Shown here in pieces: positions 20,734 to 30,293 of a stretch of DNA of 64,000 nucleotides (within the stretch, counting starts at the first letter, position 1; every line of letters begins with the position of its first letter). Both the position numbers and the translations under genes were made by a program. Under the pieces are notes generated by a model. That model did no database searches. It had not been told where the DNA came from and worked only from the letters and a program-made list of their open reading frames with translations. The stretch spans positions 12,252 to 76,251 of the forward strand of contig JAAYDU010000008.1 of the NCBI GenBank assembly GCA_012729095.1, in the 5' to 3' direction. The stretch comes from Methanobacteriota archaeon. GTDB taxonomy: Archaea; Thermoplasmatota; Thermoplasmata; Methanomassiliicoccales; UBA472.

Positions 20734-22167
20734 ATGCCCGTTCCATATATTTCCGCATTGCCTGTCGAGATCGTTCAGTTCTTGGACAACCCCGGGGGCC
20801 ATTCCCTGCTCGTCCGGGGCAATGCAGGCACCGGAAAGACCACTTTCGCCCTGCAGGTGGCAGAGGAGCTCAAGGACCGCCAGAAGGCGCATTACCTGTC
20901 CACGAGGGTCTCCGATCCCTCATTGCTCAGGCAGTTCCCTTGGCTGAACGAGCGGCTTCTGGCCAGGGATGAGACCGGGACCCGGCGCCGCTCGGGCTTT
21001 GGGCGCCTCAAGGGAGTGGGGTCCGGCGACCTGATGGTTCCCAGGCGGGAGATGGCCGTCACCATCGGACGGACCATGCCCGATCTGGAGAACCTCTATG
21101 ACCTGGTGGAGAAGGGCGATGGGCGAATGCTGGTCATAATCGACAGCATCGACGCCCTGGCCGACCGCTACGAGCTGCAGTGTCGGGAGCTGATCAGCGC
21201 CCTTCAGCGAGACCTGGTGGAGGGGCATGGGGCGAACCTGCTCTTCGTCCTGGAGAGCAATGACCAAATGCTCGATTACATCGGGGACGGCGTTGTGAAG
21301 TGCAGCAGGGTGGAGCACGGTAGGAGGCTGGTGAGGGAGATGGACCTGATGAAGCTGAGAGGGGTGGAGGTGCAGCAGCCCCTGTACCTTTTCAGCCTCA
21401 AAGGAGGCAAGTTCCGATGCTTTGGGGCCAGATGGAACACTGGCCACGACAAGGGCGCGCGGTTCATCAGGCCGGACGACCCTTCAGGTCGCTTTTCCTA
21501 TGGGATAACGGACCTGGACGCCATGACCGGGGGGCTCTGTCCCGGAACGGTCACGCTGATCGAGCTAGGACCCGGCCTCCCCCCGACCGTGAGCGGTCTG
21601 CTGGAGAGGTCACTGGTCTCCAGCTTCGCCAAGGCCGGGCGGGGGGTGATCTGGGTGCCCCTGCGCAAGGAGAGCGGTGCGGGTGCCCGGGGGCTTTTGC
21701 AGAACGCCCTGACCGACACGGAGATGGAGAAGGCGGTGAGAGTGGTGGAGCCAGCCTCCCAGATGGACCTGGGGAGCGGGAGATACGTCATGGCCGTGGA
21801 AGGGGCGAGGGCCTTGGACGACCTGAAGTGGAAGAACATCGTGTACGCCTTGGACGGAAGTTCGCAGCCGTTCCTGTCGATCATGGGATTCGATTCCCTG
21901 GAATCGATGTACGGCGGGGATGTAATGGAAGGACTGGTGGACCACCTGTCCGCGGTGAAGAGGAACGGGGGGGCCTTCGTCGGCCTGACCGCTCCAACCT
22001 CCCGTTCCACGGCCCGCCTGGCAGACCTGGCCTCGGTGCACCTGAAGTTGGAGAGGATAGGTGGAACGGTGGTGCTCTACGGCAGCAAGCCTTTCACCGA
22101 GTGCTTCGCCCTTACCGTGCAGGAAAGACCCCGGGGAGGGTGCGTGTCCCTGACACCGCTGGTATGA
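20734..22167 (+). CDS. GvpD-like double-domain KaiC/RecA ATPase (second domain degenerate)
   Basis: SLLVRGNAGTGKTTFAL, YLSTRV, IIDSID, KLRGV; second domain FSYGITDLD lacks Walker A. Confidence 0.8.
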   Translation: MPVPYISALPVEIVQFLDNPGGHSLLVRGNAGTGKTTFALQVAEELKDRQKAHYLSTRVSDPSLLRQFPWLNERLLARDETGTRRRSGFGRLKGVGSGDLMVPRREMAVTIGRTMPDLENLYDLVEKGDGRMLVIIDSIDALADRYELQCRELISALQRDLVEGHGANLLFVLESNDQMLDYIGDGVVKCSRVEHGRRLVREMDLMKLRGVEVQQPLYLFSLKGGKFRCFGARWNTGHDKGARFIRPDDPSGRFSYGITDLDAMTGGLCPGTVTLIELGPGLPPTVSGLLERSLVSSFAKAGRGVIWVPLRKESGAGARGLLQNALTDTEMEKAVRVVEPASQMDLGSGRYVMAVEGARALDDLKWKNIVYALDGSSQPFLSIMGFDSLESMYGGDVMEGLVDHLSAVKRNGGAFVGLTAPTSRSTARLADLASVHLKLERIGGTVVLYGSKPFTECFALTVQERPRGGCVSLTPLV

Positions 22168-22177
22168 GGTGCTGAGA

Positions 22178-22858
22178 ATGTTCAAGACCAACTTTCCACA
22201 GATGTGCTCCGTCCTCGTGCTAGGCACCCCGGGAGTGGGGCTGCTGGAGTTCCAGTTGAGCATGGTAAAGGAATACCTGGACCGTGGGGAGCCGGTCGTC
22301 TTCGTCACGATGGACATGATACCCAGGGACCTGATGGCGGCCATGGAGCGATTCGGGATCTCCCTGGACCTCCTGGGAAAGGGGCTTTACATCATCGATT
22401 ACCATTCCTGCCTGCTGGGCAACTCGGACGAGAGGGAGATGCCGGAACGCGCCAAGGTGCGCCGCATACATGACCTTGAGGGCATCATGTTCAATGTGGC
22501 CAGCATCTTCGCGGAGGAGAAGAGGCCGCTCAGGGTTTTCATGCACACCCTCTCCACGCTATTCCTGTACAACCAGGCAAGCGTGGTGCTGAAGTTCTTC
22601 CAGATCAGCACCTCCCGCATACGGAGCGAGTACGGAATGACCGTGGTGTCCGTGTTCGACGGGGTGCATGACGAGAAGGCCCTCAATCACCTGGTCGCGC
22701 TTGCGGACGGGGTGCTCGAGCTGCGCTTCGACAACGATCTGAACAGGGTGCTCAGGGTGCGCCACATGAGGGGCATGTCGGTCCCGGGACGCTGGATACC
22801 TTTCGAGATCGCCCCGGGAGGGGGAGAACCCCTGACCCCAGTGCTGGAATGGAAATGA
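22178..22858 (+). CDS. RAD55/KaiC-like protein with degenerate P-loop
   Basis: GTPGVGLL (no Lys), ADGVLELR, RVLRVRHMRG; RBS GAGGTG. Confidence 0.78.
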   Translation: MFKTNFPQMCSVLVLGTPGVGLLEFQLSMVKEYLDRGEPVVFVTMDMIPRDLMAAMERFGISLDLLGKGLYIIDYHSCLLGNSDEREMPERAKVRRIHDLEGIMFNVASIFAEEKRPLRVFMHTLSTLFLYNQASVVLKFFQISTSRIRSEYGMTVVSVFDGVHDEKALNHLVALADGVLELRFDNDLNRVLRVRHMRGMSVPGRWIPFEIAPGGGEPLTPVLEWK

Positions 22859-23083
22859 TCACTCTTCCGCGGCCTCTATGACCCCGTAGAGAGCACGGTT
22901 TAGCTCTTGGACGGCGCGGGCCGTGGCCCTGGAATACAAGGGGCATTCCAGCTTGGGCCGGACCACCACCTCTTTCTTTCGGCAGTATACAAGCTGGTCG
23001 CTTAGCCCCAGCTCGGGGCGGTTCTCGCGGTGCAGGCAGGAAAAACAGAGCTTGTTCGTCATCCGGGGCGTTCTAACGAGCAT
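22859..23083 (-). CDS. Small four-Cys hypothetical protein downstream of glpC
   Basis: CFSC...YC...ECPLY; same strand as the glp operon. Confidence 0.5.
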   Translation of the reverse strand: MLVRTPRMTNKLCFSCLHRENRPELGLSDQLVYCRKKEVVVRPKLECPLYSRATARAVQELNRALYGVIEAAEE

Positions 23084-23101
23084 GGTGTATTTGATGCTTC
23101 C

Positions 23102-24088
23102 TCAGCGTTTCGGCGCCAGGGCCTCCCCGATGTCCAGGACCCTTATGCCCTGCCTTCCCAGGTTCAGGGAACAGAAGGGGCAGGCGGTTATGATGCCGTC
23201 CACGCCGGTCGAGCGGTACATCTGGACCTTGTTCCTGGCGATGGAGCTGGAAGTCTCCGGGAATCCAGCGAGCATGCCGCCCCCGCCACCGCAGCAGCAG
23301 TCCTCCCCGGGCACCCTGACCACATCCACCCCCGCGGCCACGAGAACGCTGGCCATGTCGTCTGCGGCCCAGGGGCTGAGCCCGCGTTTCAGGTGGCAGG
23401 GTACCTGCAGGGCCCAACGGCCATCCAGCTTGGAACGCGGGTCTGACCCCTTCAGCACTTCGACCATGTGCTCCGCCCTGATGCCGTACACCTCCCGCAG
23501 CTGGTTGGTGCATCCCGGGCAGGAGGTGATCACCCGGTCATAGCGGGAGAACACCTCCATGTTCCGGCGCCTCAGGTCCTCGGCCACCCCCGTGGCCCCT
23601 ATCTTGAGCAGGGGGGAGCCGCAGCAGACGGCGGCGCTTGAGATATCGTGGGAAACCCCTAGGGCGGTGAGCAGCGAGGAGGCTGCCTCCGTGAGGTGGG
23701 TCAGCCGTCCCAGTCCGATGCATCCCGGGAAGTAAAGCGTGCGATTTCCTTCCTCCCTCCAGCCCTTGAACTCCGTGCTGACGGTGCGACCGCACGAGGC
23801 GATGTTGTCCATCATCCTCCGGTGACCGGGAAGCCTGTCTGCCTCATTGAGGCCGGACCTAAGCCTGAGCATGGATAGGGTGAGGGATATCCCCGAGGGG
23901 CAGGCCCACTCGCAGGCGTGGCACATGGTGCACATGAGGGCGATCTGGCCAATGCTATCCCGTTCCGGGAATCGCGGCGCGTCCACCCCTGCCCCGCGAG
24001 GCCCGGGGAACCCGGGGCCCAGGGGGTCGTTGAGCACCGGGCATGCCCGCGTGCAGCTACCGCACTTTATGCACCTGTCCTCGTTCAT
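23102..24088 (-). CDS. glpC: Anaerobic glycerol-3-phosphate dehydrogenase subunit C-like (2x4Fe-4S plus CCG domains)
   Basis: CIKCGSCTRAC, CTMCHACEWAC, CCG motifs; third gene of the glp cluster. Confidence 0.75.
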   Translation of the reverse strand: MNEDRCIKCGSCTRACPVLNDPLGPGFPGPRGAGVDAPRFPERDSIGQIALMCTMCHACEWACPSGISLTLSMLRLRSGLNEADRLPGHRRMMDNIASCGRTVSTEFKGWREEGNRTLYFPGCIGLGRLTHLTEAASSLLTALGVSHDISSAAVCCGSPLLKIGATGVAEDLRRRNMEVFSRYDRVITSCPGCTNQLREVYGIRAEHMVEVLKGSDPRSKLDGRWALQVPCHLKRGLSPWAADDMASVLVAAGVDVVRVPGEDCCCGGGGGMLAGFPETSSSIARNKVQMYRSTGVDGIITACPFCSLNLGRQGIRVLDIGEALAPKR

Positions 24089-25134
24089 GCTCCCTCCAGC
24101 GCCATTACGGCCATACGGGCGCTATCCAAGGCTCCGGCCAGACCAGATCCGTGGTCCCTTCGCTCGGAGTACACGCAGTCCCCGGCAGCGACGGCATTGG
24201 CCATCCTTCGTCCGTCCACGCGGACCATCATGCCTTCCCTGCTCGCGTACCCGCCCCTCAGAGCATCGGTGGAGCGCGCGACCTGGAAAACACCGAAGGG
24301 ATCGTCAAGCTCCCGCCCCTTGATGTTGAGGCCGTCGACCAGGGGACCGCCGGTGGCGATCACGGCCGCGTCCGTCGCGACCTCCTTGACCTCGGACCCG
24401 CCGGAGACGGTCGCCCCGCGTACCGTGTCCCCCTTTATATCGAGGGCGGTCACCCTTCTGCCGTCCCATATGGTCACCCCGGCCCCCGCGGCCCGCGCGT
24501 GCATCAGTTCCGTCAGCCGTAGACCGGGGGGGCCGAGAGGGGTTACGGCCTCCAGCACCTTCCTTCCGCATTGGCGCTCCAACGCGTCCAACCTTCCATA
24601 TTCGCGCAGGGGGACCATTGCCGGCAGCAGGACAGCGTCGCTTGACGTGGTCCTCAGCGCTTTCGCCAGCAGCTCCCAGGACCCCTCGCTTCTGAACGCC
24701 GCCGTGAGCGGGACCTCTGGCGGGACGGCGATGGGCAGTGAAAGGTGTTCCGCCCTTATGCCCTGGGCGATCAGTAAGGAGGAGGCTATGCGGACATGGA
24801 TCGCTGGGTGCCCCTCGATGCTTACCACCGTGACGCTGCCTGGTGCCTCGCCGTATTTCCAGGTGGAGTGGCTGGGGGCCATCCAGCACCTGAAGGGCGT
24901 GCCGATCTTGCTCAGGCCCGCCCTCGCCCCCACCGCCCATGGCATGTGCTCATTGACAAGGAACTCGGCCATCTCCCTTTCACACCCCTCCGGCCTGGTC
25001 CTGATGCACCCGGTGGACATGGAGGTGCTCGGCGTGCCCCTTCCCACCAGAACGACTTCCTGGCCCTTCCTGGCAAGGAGCCATGATGAGAACAGCCCGG
25101 CTGCGCCGTTGCCGATCACCAGTACCCGGCTCAT
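24085..25134 (-). CDS. glpB: Anaerobic glycerol-3-phosphate dehydrogenase subunit B-like flavoprotein
   Basis: VLVIGNGAAG, STGCI, PPGLRL, IATGG..GL. Confidence 0.75.
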   Translation of the reverse strand: MSRVLVIGNGAAGLFSSWLLARKGQEVVLVGRGTPSTSMSTGCIRTRPEGCEREMAEFLVNEHMPWAVGARAGLSKIGTPFRCWMAPSHSTWKYGEAPGSVTVVSIEGHPAIHVRIASSLLIAQGIRAEHLSLPIAVPPEVPLTAAFRSEGSWELLAKALRTTSSDAVLLPAMVPLREYGRLDALERQCGRKVLEAVTPLGPPGLRLTELMHARAAGAGVTIWDGRRVTALDIKGDTVRGATVSGGSEVKEVATDAAVIATGGPLVDGLNIKGRELDDPFGVFQVARSTDALRGGYASREGMMVRVDGRRMANAVAAGDCVYSERRDHGSGLAGALDSARMAVMALEGA

Positions 25135-26654
25135 TCCATTTCCCCCATGCCGTACACGCCGTTAAGGACATGTTCTCGCAGCAGCCCTTGTCGCAACTGG
25201 TCCCCGCTGGCCTGGGAAATCCCGTGTTCCCGTTCGCGCAGGAACTCCCTCAGTGCGAGCAGGGGGTCCATCTTTGCCCCCTGCATCATCAGTTCCAGGA
25301 CGGATAGCGTGCAATCGAGCCCCTGACAGTAACCCATGCCTGCCCTGGTCCTCCTCATAACATCGGCCAGGGTCAGTGCGTCACCGGTCTTCAGCACCGC
25401 GGTCACCTCCGATCGCAGCACCTGCTCGCAAGAACATATCACGCGCGTGTCGGACGTTGAAATGGAAGAAGCCATCCTGCCGTACTTGCGCCGCAGACGG
25501 GCGAGCGCGATGGAGCCCCCCTCCACATCAGCGGGCGGCCCCAGGGCCTCCAGATGCGTTCTGCATCCCGAGCTGTTGCCCAGCATGTCGCAGACCGTGT
25601 CTGATACCTTCTCCGCCATGAGCCTGTATGTGGTCAGTTTCCCACCGGCCACGCTCACCAGGTTGTCCACCGCGTCCCCTCTCGTTATGGAGAAGGAACG
25701 GCTGGCCTCCCGGCCGTTCCCTCCCAGCAGCGGACGCACCCCTCCGTACGCGCGAACGATCCTGCATCCGCGAAGGGATGGCAGCAGGGCGGATGTTTCC
25801 CTTAGCAGGAAATCGACGTCCTCCCTCGTCACCGCGGAATCGTCAGGGGACCTGGCCGGGCGGGAGGTGGTGCCTAGCACGGTAGAGGTGTGGCTGGGTA
25901 CCGCGATGTCCCCGTTGGATGGTTCCCTCAACCTGTTTATCACGTGGCGGCATTGACGGCCGTACGTCACCAGCATGCTTCCCTGGTCCAACCCCGCCCG
26001 GGCCGTGCAAGCGGCCAACCCGGCCACGTCGGCCACCCAGGCCCCGGAGGCGTTGACGACCACCTCTGGGACGATCGGGGATGAGAGCCTTCCGCGCCTG
26101 TCCTGAACATCGACCCTGACTATCCTTCCGTCCTCGACCGTCATACCGGTGACGGCACAGTGGTTCAGGGCCAAGGCCCCGGCCTCCCTGGCATCACATA
26201 TGTTCGCCTGGACCAGGGAGAAAGGGTCCACTGAACCGTCGGGAACGCGGAAGCACCTGACGGCCAGCGGGTTCAGACCCGGCTCGGAGGACGTTGCCTC
26301 CTCCGCCCCGATCTCCTCCGTTGGGACGCCGGTGGAACGGCAGGCGTCCTTGAACCTGTCCGCGAAGAGCGGATCGTCCTCCGGCAGCGAAACGAAAAGG
26401 CCGCCGGTGTCCTCGATGCAGAAGGGCGCGATCCTTTTGAGGACGGTGTTCTCCACCGCGCACTCCGCGGCCGAACCGGGGTCCTTGACCACGTAACGCC
26501 CTCCGCTGTGAAGGAGCCCGTGATTGCCGCCGCTGGCGCCGTGGCAGAAATCCCCCATATCCAGCAGGAGGCAGTCCACCCCGCGCAGGGCGAGGTCCCT
26601 GGCTATGCCCGCCCCGGTGGCCCCTCCTCCGATTATGAGAACGTCCTTGCGCAT
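25131..26654 (-). CDS. glpA: Anaerobic glycerol-3-phosphate dehydrogenase subunit A
   Basis: IIGGGATGAGIARD, HGLLHSGGRY, GVRPL, GGKLTTYR, C-terminal BFD-like CSCE...RAGMGYCQG..C. Confidence 0.87.
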   Translation of the reverse strand: MRKDVLIIGGGATGAGIARDLALRGVDCLLLDMGDFCHGASGGNHGLLHSGGRYVVKDPGSAAECAVENTVLKRIAPFCIEDTGGLFVSLPEDDPLFADRFKDACRSTGVPTEEIGAEEATSSEPGLNPLAVRCFRVPDGSVDPFSLVQANICDAREAGALALNHCAVTGMTVEDGRIVRVDVQDRRGRLSSPIVPEVVVNASGAWVADVAGLAACTARAGLDQGSMLVTYGRQCRHVINRLREPSNGDIAVPSHTSTVLGTTSRPARSPDDSAVTREDVDFLLRETSALLPSLRGCRIVRAYGGVRPLLGGNGREASRSFSITRGDAVDNLVSVAGGKLTTYRLMAEKVSDTVCDMLGNSSGCRTHLEALGPPADVEGGSIALARLRRKYGRMASSISTSDTRVICSCEQVLRSEVTAVLKTGDALTLADVMRRTRAGMGYCQGLDCTLSVLELMMQGAKMDPLLALREFLREREHGISQASGDQLRQGLLREHVLNGVYGMGEME

Positions 26655-26713
26655 GTGATCAAGCGAAAAGGAATGGACGGGGCCATATATGGAAGTTGAG
26701 AGAACATGGAAAG

Positions 26714-26788
26714 TAGCGGGGGGTCGATTTGAACGACCGGTCTCCGGGTTATGAGCCCGACGGGATGTCCTGGCTACCCTACCCCGCT
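26714..26788 (-). tRNA. tRNA-Met(CAT), initiator type
   Basis: AGCGGGG...CCCCGCT-A acceptor with A1-U72; anticodon arm TCGGG-CTCATAA-CCCGG with three G-C pairs; TTCAAAT T-loop. Confidence 0.95.
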
Positions 26789-26851
26789 CTGGTATTTCCC
26801 CATCATGCGTAGGCCGGTTATAAACCTTTCTACCCGCGAACGGCGGCTGGT

Positions 26852-27184
26852 TCAGAAGAACTTGCGCAGTTTCATGACATCTTCTAGAGACCCTTTGATG
26901 ACCACCTTGCGCAGGGCCCAGGCCTTCATTGGCTTCATCTTGCCGGTGAACAGCTCGTCGATGGTGCGGGGGTCGGAGCAGATCACGATGTCCGGGCCTT
27001 CGAGCAGCCCCTCGTCGAACTGCGATATGCAAGCGTCCCTGAGCAGGAAGGAATAGTGCTCGGTGCCCAGGTCGATGTTCACCTTCTTCTTGAGGGTGCC
27101 AACCTCCTCGCGGAGCTGGGCGTCGCAATGCATCTTATCGTTGAACTTGTCAATGGCGTTCAGTAGGTGATCCTTGGTGGTCAT
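26852..27184 (-). CDS. SCP2 sterol/lipid-binding domain protein
   Basis: PDIVI...LFTGKMKPMKAW...IKGS pattern. Confidence 0.8.
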   Translation of the reverse strand: MTTKDHLLNAIDKFNDKMHCDAQLREEVGTLKKKVNIDLGTEHYSFLLRDACISQFDEGLLEGPDIVICSDPRTIDELFTGKMKPMKAWALRKVVIKGSLEDVMKLRKFF

Positions 27185-27185
27185 A

Positions 27186-27827
27186 TCATTCCCAGTCGCT
27201 GAGCTTGGAGGTCTTGGAGGAGCTTAGCATGTCCCTGGCCGTGGCCCAAGACCTCCTGGTATAGGGGGGCAAATCCCCATTCTCCCTTATCCAATTTTCC
27301 AGGAAAGCTCGGGTCTTGGGATCGGACGAATACCCGCTACCCACGTCTCCCAGCTCGTCACCTATTCGCCTCATCTCCTCGTCCCGGCGTACCTTGGCCA
27401 CGATGGAGGCGGCGGAGACCACTGGGTAGTTCAGATCGGCCTTGTGCTCGCACACCAGCTCCGGGCGGGTGCGCATGGCCCGGGTGAGGGCGGTCTTGAA
27501 ATGCATCTCGCTGGCGTCGCAGGCGTCCACGTAAGCCTTTCGCGGCCGCATCTCGTCCAGCAGGGAAGCGAAAGCCCTTATCTCAAGAGTGTTCAGGGAC
27601 GTTGGTCCCTTCCGCTCATCGATGGAGATGGGCTCGATGATCGCCACCTTCCAGGAGGAATGCGCCTTTATGAGCCCGGCCAGCCTCTCCCGTTCCTGCG
27701 GCTTGTGCAGCTTGGAGTCCCTGACACCCCATTCCCGGAACTGACGGTCGTCCTCGACCATCACCGCGGCGACGACCAGAGGGCCCATGACAGGCCCCCT
27801 TCCAGCTTCGTCAAGGCCGCATATCAT
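27186..27827 (-). CDS. rnhB: Ribonuclease HII
   Basis: GLDEAGRGPVMGP, DSK, VSAASIVAK, GSGY.SDP. Confidence 0.95.
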   Translation of the reverse strand: MICGLDEAGRGPVMGPLVVAAVMVEDDRQFREWGVRDSKLHKPQERERLAGLIKAHSSWKVAIIEPISIDERKGPTSLNTLEIRAFASLLDEMRPRKAYVDACDASEMHFKTALTRAMRTRPELVCEHKADLNYPVVSAASIVAKVRRDEEMRRIGDELGDVGSGYSSDPKTRAFLENWIRENGDLPPYTRRSWATARDMLSSSKTSKLSDWE

Positions 27828-27959
27828 AATGGGGGGATTTTATCCTGTATATAAATCTGTGTTGAACGACGTTCCACCAAGAACACACCGTTTTACCAAA
27901 AAAGTTGTTGTTGGGCTAAAATATAAAGATATCCCCCCGTTGAAGGGGCGGTGATATGA

Positions 27960-28841
27960 ATTTCCAAGAGCGATGTTCAGAACCGGTACCTGACCAACGG
28001 GTTCAAGCTAACCCGGGTGGGAGTGACCGGCGTCAAGAAGCCGGTCCATGTACACCGTGATGGCCGGGATACCAGCCTCACTTGCGAGATCGATGTTTTC
28101 GTGGACCTGCCCTCCACCCAGAGAGGTTCCCACCTCTCCCGCAACCTTGAGGTCATCGCGGAGATAGTGGAACAGGGAGTGTCCGAACCGATAAAAGGGC
28201 TGGAGGTGCTGGCGGCCGACGTTTGCCGGAAATTGCTGGACAGGCACGAGTACGCCACCTACGCCGAGGTGCACATCAAGGGGGACTACTTCTTGGAGCG
28301 GTCCCTGCCAACTGGCCGAAGGAGCATAGAGTCATACAAGCTGATCGCCCGGGCGACGCACAAGCGCGGTGACGGACTTTTGAAGATGATAGGTACCAGG
28401 GTGATAGGAATGACCGCCTGCCCCTGCGCCATGGAGACCGTCGACGAGATCCAGGGCAACACCCTCAAGAGAGAAGGCTGCCTTCCTACCATATCCCACA
28501 ACCAGAGGAACGTGACCACCGCCATGCTCGAGGTCCCGGAGGAGTTCGAGGTGGAGGCGGACGACCTCATAGAGATAGTCGAGGCATCCTTCTCCAGCCC
28601 GACCTTCGAGATACTCAAAAGGAAGGAGGAGGCCAACGTGGTCATCACTGCCCACAAGAACCCGAAGTTCGTGGAGGACGTGGTGAGGGACAACCTGGCC
28701 CTGATACTCAAGCGCTACCCTCAACTGCCGGATGACACCGTGGTCACCGTTCGCAGCGAGAGCGAGGAGTCCATTCACAAGCACAACGCCGTGGCCGAGA
28801 GGGTGACCACCCTCGGCGAACTGCGCAAAGACGTGGTGTAG
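27960..28841 (+). CDS. mptA: GTP cyclohydrolase MptA (FolE2 family); start codon uncertain
   Basis: DVQ...LTRVGV, GSHLSR, MTACPCA, HNQR, NPKFVED, ESIHKH. Confidence 0.88.
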   Translation: MSKSDVQNRYLTNGFKLTRVGVTGVKKPVHVHRDGRDTSLTCEIDVFVDLPSTQRGSHLSRNLEVIAEIVEQGVSEPIKGLEVLAADVCRKLLDRHEYATYAEVHIKGDYFLERSLPTGRRSIESYKLIARATHKRGDGLLKMIGTRVIGMTACPCAMETVDEIQGNTLKREGCLPTISHNQRNVTTAMLEVPEEFEVEADDLIEIVEASFSSPTFEILKRKEEANVVITAHKNPKFVEDVVRDNLALILKRYPQLPDDTVVTVRSESEESIHKHNAVAERVTTLGELRKDVV

Positions 28842-29516
28842 ATGACGTACAGGGCGGTGGTGTGTGATGTGGACGGCACCATCACCAACTCGTCAAGGAT
28901 GATACAGGCACTGGGGATAGAGGTGCTCCGTCAGGCCCAGGACAATGGCCTCGCGGTGATGCTGGCCAGCGGGAACGTGCTTCCTATCGCGTACGGGCTT
29001 TCCGCGTTCATCGGCCTGCGCGGCCCGGTGGTGGCGGAGAACGGGGGCGTGGTATCGTATAACGACGAGGTGCACACCCTTTTTTCCAGCGAGGTGCCAC
29101 TGAAGGCGTACGAGCACCTCCGCCAGGTGATGCCTGGCGTGCGTCGTTTGTACACGGACCACTGGAGACATACCGAGGTGGGTCTGAACCGCGAGGCGGA
29201 CCTGGATAAGGTCGTGGAAGCCCTGAAGGACTGGCCCCTGGAGGTGGAGGCCACCGGGTTCGCAATACACCTGATGCAGAAGGGGCACAGCAAGATGGCC
29301 GGGGTGCGTAAGGCCTGCGACCTGATCGGCGTCGATGTCTTGGAGGTCGTGGCGTTCGGGGATGCCGACAATGATGAGAGAATGCTCAGGGAGTGCGGAT
29401 ACGGGGTGGCCGTGGGGAACGCTTCTGAAAAGGCCAAGATGGCCGCAGACCTGGTCACGCAGGGAAGGCATGCCGAGGGAGTCCGCGAGGGGTTGCTTTC
29501 CCTAGGCCTGATCTGA
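28842..29516 (+). CDS. HAD phosphatase (archaeal phosphoglycolate phosphatase/SPP-like)
   Basis: DVDGTIT, ASGN, AENGG, FGDADND. Confidence 0.88.
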   Translation: MTYRAVVCDVDGTITNSSRMIQALGIEVLRQAQDNGLAVMLASGNVLPIAYGLSAFIGLRGPVVAENGGVVSYNDEVHTLFSSEVPLKAYEHLRQVMPGVRRLYTDHWRHTEVGLNREADLDKVVEALKDWPLEVEATGFAIHLMQKGHSKMAGVRKACDLIGVDVLEVVAFGDADNDERMLRECGYGVAVGNASEKAKMAADLVTQGRHAEGVREGLLSLGLI

Positions 29517-29553
29517 GACAACCTATTTTTACTAGCGCGGACAATGAGAATGC

Positions 29554-29736
29554 ATGGAGGTCCTAGGCCTGTGCTCTGTGTGCTCCAGGCCGGCCAGGTA
29601 CAGCTGCTCGCTGTGCGGCCGCCTGTTCTGTCCAGAACATTTCGATAAGCACAGACGCATGTGTGACCGATGCTCCCCTGGACGTCGGGAGGAGCACAGC
29701 CGTCGGAGCGTCCCTGACCGGAATCTGCTGCACTGA
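29554..29736 (+). CDS. Small zinc-finger protein
   Basis: CSVC..CSLC..CPEH..CDRC. Confidence 0.6.
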   Translation: MEVLGLCSVCSRPARYSCSLCGRLFCPEHFDKHRRMCDRCSPGRREEHSRRSVPDRNLLH

Positions 29737-29738
29737 GC

Positions 29739-30233
29739 CTAAAGAAGCTTCTTGGCCGACTCCTCGTCCAGGTCTATCGACCTCAGCAGGTACTTCAGCG
29801 CCTTCTTGGCTATGATGGCCATGGTCTGCTCGTCCAGGCGGGACTCGTAGATCACCATTGCCTTCTTGTAGTACTCCACCCCGAACTCCGAATAATAGTA
29901 GGTGGCGTTCTCTGGATCGATCTCGGCGGCCTTGTTGTAGCACGCCTCGGCGTCGTTGAAGAGGCCGACGTCCATGCAGAAAGCCCCCCAGCCCTGCAGA
30001 ATGAACGGGTTCTCGGGATCCAGCTCGGACGCCTTCTTGTAAAGGGCGATTATCTCCTCCTGGGAGACCTTTGGGACCAGCACGCCGGCGTCCGCTTTCG
30101 CCAAATAGGCCGAGGGGTTGGTCGGATCGGTCTTCAGGGCCTTGTCGAACTTGGAGAGCGCCTGGGAATATTCCCCGTCTTCCATGAGCCGATAGCCGTC
30201 CTTCATCAACTTGTCGAAATCGCCGGTTGCCAT
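29739..30233 (-). CDS. TPR-repeat protein
   Basis: Repeated A...Y/F.KA...DP.N motifs. Confidence 0.8.
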   Translation of the reverse strand: MATGDFDKLMKDGYRLMEDGEYSQALSKFDKALKTDPTNPSAYLAKADAGVLVPKVSQEEIIALYKKASELDPENPFILQGWGAFCMDVGLFNDAEACYNKAAEIDPENATYYYSEFGVEYYKKAMVIYESRLDEQTMAIIAKKALKYLLRSIDLDEESAKKLL

Positions 30234-30293
30234 TGGTTTTCCCTAATCCGAGTATTAAATGGTCGGAGATAAAGCTTTCTTGGTCCGGAAGGT

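Noticed and set aside
25131..27128. 665-aa ORF as an extended GlpA
   Set aside because: The extension runs through tRNA-iMet and the SCP2 gene; the real start is 26654.
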